Assembly: GCA_051362555.1 (NCBI GenBank)
Contig: CM120642.1
Coordinates: forward strand, 21,824,001 to 21,888,000
Direction of reading: 5' to 3'
Length of the DNA: 64,000 nucleotides
Origin: Lingula anatina
Lineage: Eukaryota > Animalia > Brachiopoda
Part shown: piece by piece, positions 48,001 to 62,020 of the stretch
Numbering within the stretch: position 1 is the first letter of the stretch
Layout: every line of letters begins with the position of its first letter
Notes under the pieces: model-generated
Seen by the model: only the letters and a program-made list of their open reading frames with translations
The model's database searches: none
What the model was told of the DNA's origin: nothing
Position numbers and translations under genes: made by a program

Positions 48001-51000
48001 CACAGCAAACAATTTATATAAACAGACATAGTCATACATTGACAACACCATCATTCAGCGCAATAGTAATGTGAGAAAACTGGCAAACACATTGTTCACA
48101 ATAAATACAAACACCAACAGTAATGACATAAACATGAACAGTAATGTTAATAAATACAAACAAACACAGTCACAATACAGACATACACAGTGATCAAAAT
48201 AAGTTGACATGTACAGTGATGACACAACCATGTAAAGTACACAGTGATCAGAATATGTGCAGACACAAACAGTAACAACACAAACATACACAGTGATCAA
48301 AATGAATATAAACATGTACATTGATAATAGTAATGTGCACTGTGATTAGAATAAACACAAGGAAAAAGTAAAACCATAGCCGTACACAGTCATCACAATA
48401 TATAGAAACACATTCAGTAACAATACATAATAGACACAGCAAACAAAATATAAACAGAAACATAGCCATACATTGACAACACAATAAATACAAACACAGA
48501 CAGTGACAGCACTAACGTGGACAGGAATCAAAATAAATTTAAACAAATAGAGTGACAGAAATGACATACACAATGCTCACAATAAATACAAACACCAACA
48601 GTAATGACGCAAACATATGCAGTGATCACAATGAATACAAACACAAACAGTGACAACATATACATGAATGGTAATGATAATGTTTAAAAACATATAGGAC
48701 AAACAGACATACACAGTGATCACAATACTTGCAAACACATACAGTAACAATATAGAATTGACACAGCAAACAGAATATAAACAGACACATAGACATACAG
48801 TGACAATACCATGATAAACAAACAGAGTGAAAAAACTGACATACACATTGCCAAGAGCCATATAAAGACACAAACAGTGACAACACTAAAATATCCAGTG
48901 ATCACAATAAAAACAAACACCAACAGTAACGACACAAACATATACAGTAATCACAATAAATAGAAACACAAACAGTGACAAAACAAACATGCACAGCAAT
49001 GATAATGATTACAAACAAATAGAAGGACAAACAGACTTACACAGTGATCAGAATTATGTGCAGACACAAACAGTAACAACAGAAACATACACAATGATCA
49101 AAATAAATATTAAATGAAAAACTGATAACAGTAACATGCACAGTAATGAGAATGAACACAAGGAAAATGTGTAAACAAAGCGATTCACAGTCATCACAAT
49201 ATATACAAACACATTCAGTAACAATACAGAAAGATACAGCAAACAGAATATAAACAGACACATAGACATAACATTGACAGCATGATCATTCAGCACAGTA
49301 GTAATGATTATAAACAAATAAATTGACAAAACTGACATACACAGTGCTCAAAATAAATACAATCACAAACAGTGACAACACAAACATGCACAGTAATCAA
49401 AATAAATACAAAGAAACACAGTCACAATACAGTCATAAAAAGTGATCAGAATAAGTTGACATGTACATTGACAAAACAACCATGTTAAGTAACCACGTAA
49501 CTGTTATGAAAAAGAGTGAAAACATAGCCGTACACAGTCATCACTATATATACAATCACATTCAGTAGCAATATTGAATAAACACAGCAAACAGAATATA
49601 AACAGACACATAGTCACACATTGACAACACCATCATTCAGCGCAATAGTAATGTTTACAAACAAAGAGTGACAAAACTGACTTATGCATTGCTAACAATA
49701 AATACAAACACCAACAGTAATGACACAAACATGAACAGTAATGTAAATAAATACAAACAAACACAGTCACAATACAGACATACACAGTGATCAGAATAAA
49801 TTTTGACATGTACAGTGACAACAAAACCATGCATAGTGACTAGAATGAAGAATAATTAATTAGGTGATAGCACAGTCATACACAGTGATCAGTGATGGAG
49901 TGAAAACACAGACATACACAGTGATCACAATATATATACAAACACATACAATGACAATAGAGAATGGAAACAGCAATCGGAATATGAACAGACACATAAA
50001 CTATGCTTACATCAACATCACCAACATGAACAGTTATAATAATGATTTAAAACATATAGACAGAAAAAACTGACATAAACATTGCTCACAATAAATATAA
50101 ACACAAACAGTAACAACACAAACATATACAGTGACCACAATAAATAGAAAGACAAACAGTGTCAAAACAAACATGCACAGCAATGATAATGATTACAAAC
50201 AAGTAGAAGGACAAACAGACCTACACAGTGCTGAGAATTAAATGTAGACACAAACAGTAACAACACTAACATACACAGTGATCAAAATAAATATTAATAT
50301 GTATATTGACAACAGTAACGTGCACCATAATGACAATGAACACAAGGGAAAAGAGTGAAAACATAGTTGTACACATTCATCACAATATGTACAAACACAT
50401 TCAGTAACAATATAGAATAGACACAAAAAACAGAATATAAACAGAAACATAAACATACATTGAAAACTCCGTCATTCAGCGCAATAGTAATGATTACGAA
50501 CAAATCGAGTGACAAAACTGACCTATAAAGTGCTCACAATAAATACAAGCACCAACAGTAATGATGCAAACATATACAGTGATCACAATGAATACAAACT
50601 TAAACATTGACAATATATACATGCACAGAAATCAAAATGAATACAAACAAATAGAGTGACAGAAATGCACAGTGCTCACAATAAATACAAAAACGAACAG
50701 TAACGACACAAACATATACAGTGATCACAACAAATAGAAACACAAGCAATGACAAAACAAACATGCACAGCAATGATAATGACTACAAACAAATAGATGG
50801 GAAAACAGACTTAAACAGTGATCAGAATTTTATGCAGCCACAAACAGTAACAACAGAAACATACACAGTGATCAAAATAGATATTAAATGAAAAAGAGAT
50901 AACAGTAACATGCACAGTAATGAGAATGAACACAAGGGAAAAAAGTGTAAACAAGGCGATACACAGTCATCACAATATATACAAACACATTCAGTAGCAA

Positions 51001-54000
51001 TACAGAAAAGACACAGCAAACAGAATATAAACAGACACATAGACATAACATTGACAGCATAATCATTCAGCACAGTAGTAATGATTACAAATAAATAAAT
51101 TGACAACACAAACATGCACAGTAATCAAAATAAATACAAACAAACACAGTCACAATACAGACATACACTGTGATCAGAATAAGTAAACATGTACAGTGAC
51201 AACAGAACCATGTAAAGTAACCAGAATTAGCACAAATTAATCTAGTGATTACACAGTCATACACAGTGATCAATGATAGAGTGAAAAGAAACACATACAA
51301 TGTGATCACAATATATTTACAAACACAGACAATGACAAAACAGAATGGAAACAGCAATGGGAATATAAACAGACACATAAACTATGCTTACAGAAACAAC
51401 ACCAACATGCACATTTATAATAATGATTTGTCATCAAAATATATACAAACACATTCAGAAACAATAGTGAATAGACACAGCAAACAATTTATATAAACAG
51501 ACATAGTCATACATTGACAACACCATCATTCAGCGCAATAGTAATGTGACAAAACTGGCAAACACATTGTTCACAATAAATACAAACACCAACAGTAATG
51601 ACATAAACATGAACAGTAATGTTAATAAATACAAACAAACACAGTCACAATACAGACATACACAGTGATCAAAATAAGTTGACATGAACAGTGATGACAC
51701 AACCATGTAAAGTACACAGTGATCAGAATATGTGAAGACACAAACAGTAACAACACAAACATACACAGTGATCAAAATGAATATAAACATGTACATTGAT
51801 AATAGTAATGTGCACTGTGATTAGAATAAACACAAGGAAAAAGTAAAACCATAGCCGTACACAGTCATCACAATATATATAGAAACACATTCAGTAACAA
51901 TACATAATAGACACAGCAAACAAAATATAAACAGAAACATAGCCATACATTGACAACACAATAAATACAAACACAGACAGTGACAGCACTAACGTGGACA
52001 GGAATCAAAATAAATTTAAACAAATAGAGTGACAGAAATGACATACACAATGCTCACAATAAATACAAACACCAACAGTAATGACGCAAACATATACAGT
52101 GATCACAATGAATACAAACACAAACAGTGACAACATATACATGCATGGTAATGATAATGTTTAAAAACATATAGGACAAACAGACATACACAGTGATCAC
52201 AATACTTGCAAACACATACAGTAACAATATAGAATTGACACAGCAAACAGAATATAAACAGACACATAGACATACAGTGACAATACCATGATAAACAAAC
52301 AGAGTGAAAAAACTGACATACACATTGCCAAGAGCCATATAAAGACACAAACAGTGACAACACTAAAATATCCAGTGATCACAATAAAAACAAACACCAA
52401 CAGTAACGACACAAACATATACAGTAATCACAATAAATAGAAACACAAACAGTGACAAAACAAACATGCACAGCAATGATAATGATTACAAACAAATAGA
52501 AGGACAAACAGACTTACACAGTGATCAGAATTATGTGCAGACACAAACAGTAACAACAGAAACATACACAATGATCAAAATAAATATTAAATGAAAAACT
52601 GATAACAGTAACATGCACAGTAATGAGAATGAACACAAGGAAAATGTGTAAAAAAAGCGATTCACAGTCATCACAATATATACATACTCATTCAGAAACA
52701 ATACAGAAAAGACACAGCAAACAGAATATAAACAGACACATAGACATAGCATTGACAGCATGATCATTCAGCACAGTAGTAATGATTATAAATAAATAAA
52801 TTGACAACACAAACATGCACAGTAATCAAAATAAATACAAACAAACACAGTCACAATACAGACATACACTGTGATCAGAATAAGTAAACATGTACAGTGA
52901 CAACAGAACCATGTAAAGTAACCAGAATTAGCACAAATTAATCTAGTGATTACACAGTCATACACAGTGATCAATGATAGAGTGAAAAGAAACACATACA
53001 ATGTGATCACAATATATTTACAAACACAGACAATGACAAAACAGAATGGAAACAGCAATGGGAATATAAACAGACACATAAACTATGCTTACAGAAACAA
53101 CACCAACATGCACATTTATAATAATGATTTGTCATCAAAATATATACAAACACATTCAGAAACAATACTGAATAGACACAGCAAACAATTTATATAAACA
53201 GACATAGTCATACATTGACAACACCATCATTCAGTGCAATAGTAATGTGACAAAACTGGCAAACACATTGTTCACAATAAATACAAACACCAACAGTAAT
53301 GACATAAACATGAACAGTAATGTTAATAAATACAAACAAACACAGTCACAATACAGACATACACAGTGATCAAAATAAGTTGACATGTACAGTGATGACA
53401 CAACCATGTAAAGTACACAGTGATCAGAATATGTGCAGACACAAACAGTAACAACACAAACATACACAGTGATCAAAATGAATATAAACATGTACATTGA
53501 TAATAGTAATGTGCACTGTGATTAGAATAAACACAAGGAAAAAGTAAAACCATAGCCGTACACAGTCATCACAATATATATAGAAACACATTCAGTAACA
53601 ATACATAATAGACACAGCAAACAAAATATAAACAGAAACATAGCCATACATTGACAACACAATAAATACAAACACAGACAGTGACAGCACTAACGTGGAC
53701 AGGAATCAAAATAAATTTAAACAAATAGAGTGACAGAAATGACATACACAATGCTCACAATAAATACAAACACCAACAGTAATGACGCAAACATATGCAG
53801 TGATCACAATGAATACAAACACAAACAGTGACAACATATACATGAATGGTAATGATAATGTTTAAAAACATATAGGACAAACAGACATACACAGTGATCA
53901 CAATACTTGCAAACACATACAGTAACAATATAGAATTGACACAGCAAACAGAATATAAACAGACACATAGACATACAGTGACAATACCATGATAAACAAA

Positions 54001-57000
54001 CAGAGTGAAAAAACTGACATACACATTGCCAAGAGCCATATAAAGACACAAACAGTGACAACACTAAAATATCCAGTGATCACAATAAAAACAAACACCA
54101 ACAGTAACGACACAAACATATACAGTAATCACAATAAATAGAAACACAAACAGTGACAAAACAAACATGCACAGCAATGATAATGATTACAAACAAATAG
54201 AAGGACAAACAGACTTACACAGTGATCAGAATTATGTGCAGACACAAACAGTAACAACAGAAACATACACAATGATCAAAATAAATATTATATGAAAAAC
54301 TGATAACAGTAACATGCACAGTAATGAGAATGAACACAAGGAAAATGTGTAAACAAAGCGATTCACAGTCATCACAATATATACAAACACATTCAGTAAC
54401 AATACAGAAAGATACAGCAAACAGAATATAAACAGACACATAGACATAACATTGACAGCATGATCATTCAGCACAGTAGTAATGATTATAAACAAATAAA
54501 TTGACAAAACTGACATACACAGTGCTCAAAATAAATACAATCACAAACAGTGACAACACAAACATGCACAGTAATCAAAATAAATACAAAGAAACACAGT
54601 CACAATACAGTCATAAAAAGTGATCAGAATAAGTTGACATGTACATTGACAAAACAACCATGTTAAGTAACCACGTAACTGTTATGAAAAAGAGTGAAAA
54701 CATAGCCGTACACAGTCATCACTATATATACAATCACATTCAGTAGCAATATTGAATAAACACAGCAAACAGAATATAAACAGACACATAGTCACACATT
54801 GACAACACCATCATTCAGCGCAATAGTAATGTTTACAAACAAAGAGAGTGACAAAACTGACTTATGCATTGCTAACAATAAATACAAACACCAACAGTAA
54901 TGACACAAACATGAACAGTAATGTAAATAAATACAAACAAACACAGTCACAATACAGACATACACAGTGATCAGAATAAATTTTGACATGTACAGTGACA
55001 ACAAAACCATACATAGTGACTAGAATGAAGAATAATTAATTAGGTGATAGCACAGTCATACACAGTGATCAGTGATGGAGTGAAAACACAGACATACACA
55101 GTGATCACAATATATATACAAACACATACAATGACAATAGAGAATGGAAACAGCAATCGGAATATGAACAGACACATAAACTATGCTTACATCAACATCA
55201 CCAACATGAACAGTTATAATAATGATTTAAAACATATAGACAGAAAAAACTGACATAAACATTGCTCACAATAAATATAAACACAAACAGTAACAACACA
55301 AACATATACAGTGACCACAATAAATAGAAAGACAAACAGTGTCAAAACAAACATGCACAGCAATGATAATGATTACAAACAAGTAGAAGGACAAACAGAC
55401 CTACACAGTGCTGAGAATTAAATGTAGACACAAACAGTAACAACACTAACATACACAGTGATCAAAATAAATATTAATATGTATATTGACAACAGTAACG
55501 TGCACCATAATGACAATGAACACAAGGGAAAAGAGTGAAAACATAGTTGTACACATTCATCACAATATGTACAAACACATTCAGTAACAATATAGAATAG
55601 ACACAAAAAACAGAATATAAACAGAAACATAAACATACATTGAAAACTCCGTCATTCAGCGCAATAGTAATGATTACGAACAAATCGAGTGACAAAACTG
55701 ACCTATAAAGTGCTCACAATAAATACAAGCACCAACAGTAATGATGCAAACATATACAGTGATCACAATGAATACAAACTTAAACATTGACAATATATAC
55801 ATGCACAGAAATCAAAATGAATACAAACAAATAGAGTGACAGAAATGCACAGTGCTCACAATAAATACAAAAACGAACAGTAACGACACAAACATATACA
55901 GTGATCACAACAAATAGAAACACAAGCAATGACAAAACAAACATGCACAGCAATGATAATGACTACAAACAAATAGATGGGAAAACAGACTTACACAGTG
56001 ATCAGAATTTTATGCAGCCACAAACAGTAACAACAGAAACATACACAGTGATCAAAATAGATATTAAATGAAAAAGAGATAACAGTAACATGCACAGTAA
56101 TGAGAATGAACACAAGGGAAAAAAGTGTAAACAAGGCGATACACAGTCATCACAATATATACAAACACATTCAGTAGCAATACAGAAAAGACACAGCAAA
56201 CAGAATATAAACAGACACATAGACATAACATTGACAGCATAATCATTCAGCACAGTAGTAATGATTACAAATAAATAAATGACAACACAAACATGCACAG
56301 TAATCAAAATAAATACAAACAAACACAGTCACAATACAGACATACACTGTGATCAGAATAAGTAAACATGTACAGTGACAACAGAACCATGTAAAGTAAC
56401 CAGAATTAGCACAAATTAATCTAGTGATTACACAGTCATACACAGTGATCAATGATAGAGTGAAAAGAAACACATACAATGTGATCACAATATATTTACA
56501 AACACAGACAATGACAAAACAGAATGGAAACAGCAATGGGAATATAAACAGACACATAAACTATGCTTACAGAAACAACACCAACATGCACATTTATAAT
56601 AATGATTTGTCATCAAAATATATACAAACACATTCAGAAACAATAGTGAATAGACACAGCAAACAATTTATATAAACAGACATAGTCATACATTGACAAC
56701 ACCATCATTCAGCGCAATAGTAATGTGACAAAACTGGCAAACACATTGTTCACAATAAATACAAACACCAACAGTAATGACATAAACATGAACAGTAATG
56801 TTAATAAATACAAACAAACACAGTCACAATACAGACATACACAGTGATCAAAATAAGTTGACATGTACAGTGATGACACAACCATGTAAAGTACACAGTG
56901 ATCAGAATATGTGCAGACACAAACAGTAACAACACAAACATACACAGTGATCAAAATGAATATAAACATGTACATTGATAATAGTAATGTGCACTGTGAT

Positions 57001-60000
57001 TAGAATAAACACAAGGAAAAAGTAAAACCATAGCCGTACACAGTCATCACAATATATATAGAAACACATTCAGTAACAATACATAATAGACACAGCAAAC
57101 AAAATATAAACAGAAACATAGCCATACATTGACAACACAATAAATACAAACACAGACAGTGACAGCACTAACGTGGACAGGAATCAAAATAAATTTAAAC
57201 AAATAGAGTGACAGAAATGACATACACAATGCTCACAATAAATACAAACACCAACAGTAATGACGCAAACATATACAGTGATCACAATGAATACAAACAC
57301 AAACAGTGACAACATATACATGCATGGTAATGATAATGTTTAAAAACATATAGGACAAACAGACTTACACAGTGATCACAATACTTGCAAACACATACAG
57401 TAACAATATAGAATTGACACAGCAAACAGAATATAAACAGACACATAGACATACAGTGACAATACCATGATAAACAAACAGAGTGAAAAAACTGACATAC
57501 ACATTGCCAAGAGCCATATAAAGACACAAACAGTGACAACACTAAAATATCCAGTGATCACAATAAAAACAAACACCAACAGTAACGACACAAACATATA
57601 CAGTAATCACAATAAATAGAAACACAAACAGTGACAAAACAAACATGCACAGCAATGATAATGATTACAAACAAATAGAAGGACAAACAGACTTACACAG
57701 TGATCAGAATTATGTGCAGACACAAACAGTAACAACAGAAACATACACAATGATCAAAATAAATATTAAATGAAAAACTGATAACAGTAACATGCACAGT
57801 AATGAGAATGAACACAAGGAAAATGTGTAAAAAAAGCGATTCACAGTCATCACAATATATACAAACACATTCAGAAACAATACAGAAAAGACACAGCAAA
57901 CAGAATATAAACAGACACATAGACATAGCATTGACAGCATGATCATTCAGCACAGTAGTAATGATTATAAATAAATAAATTGACAACACAAACATGCACA
58001 GTAATCAAAATAAATACAAACAAACACAGTCACAATACAGACATACACTGTGATCAGAATAAGTAAACATGTACAGTGACAACAGAACCATGTAAAGTAA
58101 CCAGAATTAGCACAAATTAATCTAGTGATTACACAGTCATACACAGTGATCAATGATAGAGTGAAAAGAAACACATACAATGTGATCACAATATATTTAC
58201 AAACACAGACAATGACAAAACAGAATGGAAACAGCAATGGGAATATAAACAGACACATAAACTATGCTTACAGAAACAACACCAACATGCACATTTATAA
58301 TAATGATTTGTCATCAAAATATATACAAACACATTCAGAAACAATACTGAATAGACACAGCAAACAATTTATATAAACAGACACATAGTCATACATTGAC
58401 AACACCATCATTCAGCGCAATAGTAATGTGACAAAACTGGCAAACACATTGTTCACAATAAATACAAACACCAACAGTAATGACATAAACATGAACAGTA
58501 ATGTTAATAAATACAAACAAACACAGTCACAATACAGACATACACAGTGATCAAAATAAGTTGACATGTACAGTGATGACACAACCATGTAAAGTACACA
58601 GTGATCAGAATATGTGCAGACACAAACAGTAACAACACAAACATACACAGTGATCAAAATGAATATAAACATGTACATTGATAATAGTAATGTGTACTGT
58701 GATTAGAATAAACACAAGGAAAAAGTAAAACCATAGCTGTACACAGTCATCACAATATATATAGAAACACATTCAGTAACAATACATAATAGACACAGCA
58801 AACAAAATATAAACAGAAACATAGCCATACATTGACAACACAATAAATACAAACACAGACAGTGACAGCACTAACGTGGACAGGAATCAAAATAAATTTA
58901 AACAAATAGAGTGACAGAAATGACATACACAATGCTCACAATAAATACAAACACCAACAGTAATGACGCAAACATATACAGTGATCACAATGAATACAAA
59001 CACAAACAGTGACAACATATACATGCATGGTAATGATAATGTTTAAAAACATATAGGACAAACAGACTTACACAGTGATCACAATACTTGCAAACACATA
59101 CAGTAACAATATAGAATTGACACAGCAAACAGAATATAAACAGACACATAGACATACAGTGACAATACCATGATAAACAAACAGAGTGAAAAAACTGACA
59201 TACACATTGCCAAGAGCCATATAAAGACACAAACAGTGACAACACTAAAATATCCAGTGATCACAATAAAAACAAACACCAACAGTAACGACACAAACAT
59301 ATACAGTAATCACAATAAATAGAAACACAAACAGTGACAAAACAAACATGCACAGCAATGATAATGATTACAAACAAATAGAAGGACAAACAGACTTACA
59401 CAGTGATCAGAATTATGTGCAGACACAAACAGTAACAACAGAAACATACACAATGATCAAAATAAATATTAAATGAAAAACTGATAACAGTAACATGCAC
59501 AGTAATGAGAATGAACACAAGGAAAATGTGTAAACAAAGCGATTCACAGTCATCACAATATATATACAAACACATTCAGTAACAATACAGAAAGATACAG
59601 CAAACAGAATATAAACAGACACATAGACATAACATTGACAGCATGATCATTCAGCACAGTAGTAATGATTATAAACAAATAAATTGACAAAACTGACATA
59701 CACAGTGCTCAAAATAAATACAATCACAAACAGTGACAACACAAACATGCACAGTAATCAAAATAAATACAAAGAAACACAGTCACAATACAGTCATAAA
59801 AAGTGATCAGAATAAGTTGACATGTACATTGACAAAACAACCATGTTAAGTAACCACGTAACTGTTATGAAAAAGAGTGAAAACATAGCCGTACACAGTC
59901 ATCACTATATATACAATCACATTCAGTAGCAATATTGAATAAACACAGCAAACAGAATATAAACAGACACATAGTCACACATTGACAACACCATCATTCA

Positions 60001-61182
60001 GCGCAATAGTAATGTTTACAAACAAAGAGAGTGACAAAACTGACTTATGCATTGCTAACAATAAATACAAACACCAACAGTAATGACACAAACATGAACA
60101 GTAATGTAAATAAATACAAACAAACACAGTCACAATACAGACATACACAGTGATCAGAATAAATTTTGACATGTACAGTGACAACAAAACCATACATAGT
60201 GACTAGAATGAAGAATAATTAATTAGGTGATAGCACAGTCATACACAGTGATCAGTGATGGAGTGAAAACACAGACATACACAGTGATCACAATATATAT
60301 ACAAACACATACAATGACAATAGAGAATGGAAACAGCAATCGGAATATGAACAGACACATAAACTATGCTTACATCAACATCACCAACATGAACAGTTAT
60401 AATAATGATTTAAAACATATAGACAGAAAAAACTGACATAAACATTGCTCACAATAAATATAAACACAAACAGTAACAACACAAACATATACAGTGACCA
60501 CAATAAATAGAAAGACAAACAGTGTCAAAACAAACATGCACAGCAATGATAATGATTATAAACAAGTAGAAGGACAAACAGACCTACACAGTGCTGAGAA
60601 TTAAATGTAGACATAAACAGTAACAACACTAACATACACAGTGATCAAAATAAATATTAATATGTATATTGACAACAGTAACGTGCACCATAATGACAAT
60701 GAACACAAGGGAAAAGAGTGAAAACATAGTTGTACACATTCATCACAATATGTACAAACACATTCAGTAACAATATAGAATAGACACAAAAAACAGAATA
60801 TAAACAGAAACATAAACATACATTGAAAACTCCGTCATTCAGCGCAATAGTAATGATTACGAACAAATCGAGTGACAAAACTGACCTATAAAGTGCTCAC
60901 AATAAATACAAGCACCAACAGTAATGATGCAAACATATACAGTGATCACAATGAATACAAACTTAAACATTGACAATATATACATGCACAGAAATCAAAA
61001 TGAATACAAACAAATAGAGTGACAGAAATGCACAGTGCTCACAATAAATACAAAAACGAACAGTAACGACACAAACATATACAGTGATCACAATAAATAG
61101 AAACACAAGCAATGACAAAACAAACATGCACAGCAATGATAATGACTACAAACAAATAGATGGGAAAACAGACTTACACAGT
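30100..61182. repeat. Homogeneous higher-order repeat: six tandem ~5.18-kb units (5182, 5182, 5178, 5178, 5180, 5183 bp)
   Basis: Marker gatcagaattttatgcagcc at 30100, 35282, 40464, 45642, 50820, 56000 and 61183. The MIAQS pseudo-ORF starts at 29144, 34326, 39508, 44686, 49864, 55044 and 60227. Confidence 0.96.
30360..33650. repeat. Internal ~1703-bp tandem duplication within each 5.18-kb HOR unit (first unit shown; ends approximate)
   Basis: The MITQS pseudo-ORF starts at 30525, 32228, 35707, 37410, 40889, 42592, 46067, 47770, 51245, 52946, 56424 and 58125, alternating ~1703 and ~3479. Markers acgtggacagg and gccaagagcc each occur twice per unit. Confidence 0.92.
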
Positions 61183-61443
61183 GATCAGAATTTTATGCAG
61201 CCACAAACAGTAACAACACAAACAAACAGGTGATCAAAATAGATATTAAATGAAAAAGAGATAACAGTAACATGCACAGTAATGAGAATGAACACAAGGG
61301 AAAAAAGTGTAAACAAGGCGATACACAGTCACCACAATATATACAAACACATTCAGTAACAATACAGAAAAGACACAGCAAACAGAATATAAACAGACAC
61401 ATAGACATAACATTGACAGCATGATCATTCAGCACAGTAGTAA

Positions 61444-62020
61444 GGAAAGTTTGGTGTAGTCAAACGACATTTTATGGCGACAACAATCTCCAAAGCTTAA
61501 TTACGCACATGTGCATTCTGCACATGCTCAATTGTGCCTTAGAGGGGTAATCTCCATTGAGGCACATGTTGCTACTTATACCATGGGGCATCACTGCCTG
61601 GCCTCATTTTGCTTGATTCATTCTGTTCACGCGCATAATACAATTAAGCTACAAGTTATCTCAAATCTTCAACTGAAATCTTCAGTTCAAAAAATTTCAT
61701 TTCTTTGCAACCCCACAAATGAAATTTGTGCAAAATTGTTGGTAAATAATAACTTTTGCTGACTCGTCGCATCATAATTTTTAGGATGATGAGTCTTATT
61801 GAATATTTGATATATAATTTTTATCCCTAAGGCCATAACATTTAATACAGGCAACAATTTGCTACATTGTTATTATTGTTAAAATGATTAGGATAGAGGG
61901 GTTATATAATAAAAGCGGCCTTGTTTGGCCAAATCACGAACAATCAATATTCCTTGTTGCCTTCTTTCTTGCTATGAATGAGACTATAAAAATTTGTGGT
62001 ACACTGAGATGGAGGAGACA
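61444..62020 (+). mobile_element. ~577-bp non-satellite insertion rich in hairpins; unclassified non-autonomous element or retroposed structured RNA
   Basis: The satellite normally reads cagcacagtagtaatgattataaataaataaattgac. Here it is split as cagcacagtagtaa|ggaaag...ggagaca|taaatgataataaataaataaattgac and resumes in register. The insert lacks the A/C skew, has no TIR, and has at most a 2-3 bp (ta/aa/taa) duplication. Strand is inferred from the G-T pair bias. Confidence 0.75.

Larger units (their letters stand above)
1..61443. repeat. Complex satellite DNA array with a degenerate ~49-bp monomer (28+21 bp halves), all in one orientation
   Basis: The acagtg/acagca anchor recurs at 1113, 1162, 1210 and 1260 (spacing 49, 48, 50). 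The same motifs (cagtgatcacaat, aaatacaaacac, acagtgacaac, aaacatgcac) continue throughout, and near-identical spurious ORFs recur at fixed offsets. Confidence 0.97.

Noticed and set aside
29948-61058. True Ig/TCR V, D or J segment cluster
   Set aside because: There are no V or J coding sequences and no opposing GGTTTTTGT-N-CACTGTG signals flanking short segments; all RSS-like motifs face one way within the satellite.
1-61443. CRISPR-like repeat/spacer array
   Set aside because: There is no invariant repeat with unique spacers; the whole monomer is degenerate and repeated at higher order, and there are no cas genes.
61511-61762. 83-aa ORF in the insertion
   Set aside because: It has a GTG start, is short, shows no transposase, RT or other motif that I recognise, and overlaps hairpins that explain the sequence better.
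61755-61800. Hammerhead ribozyme core (gatgatgagtc resembles CUGAUGA)
   Set aside because: The sequence is ATGATGA, not CTGATGA, it lies within a stem, and I found no correctly placed GAAA/NUH. A covariance-model search is still needed to exclude other ribozymes.
61915-61940. Resemblance to the mitochondrial 16S motif CGCCTGTTTA-CAAAAACAT (possible NUMT)
   Set aside because: The match is loose and short, and no other conserved rRNA motif is nearby.
61444-62020. MITE (PIF/Harbinger TAA or Tc1 TA target) or canonical Helitron
   Set aside because: The ends (ggaaagtttgg / gatggaggagaca) are not inverted repeats, and there are no TC...CTRR termini at an A|T site on either strand.
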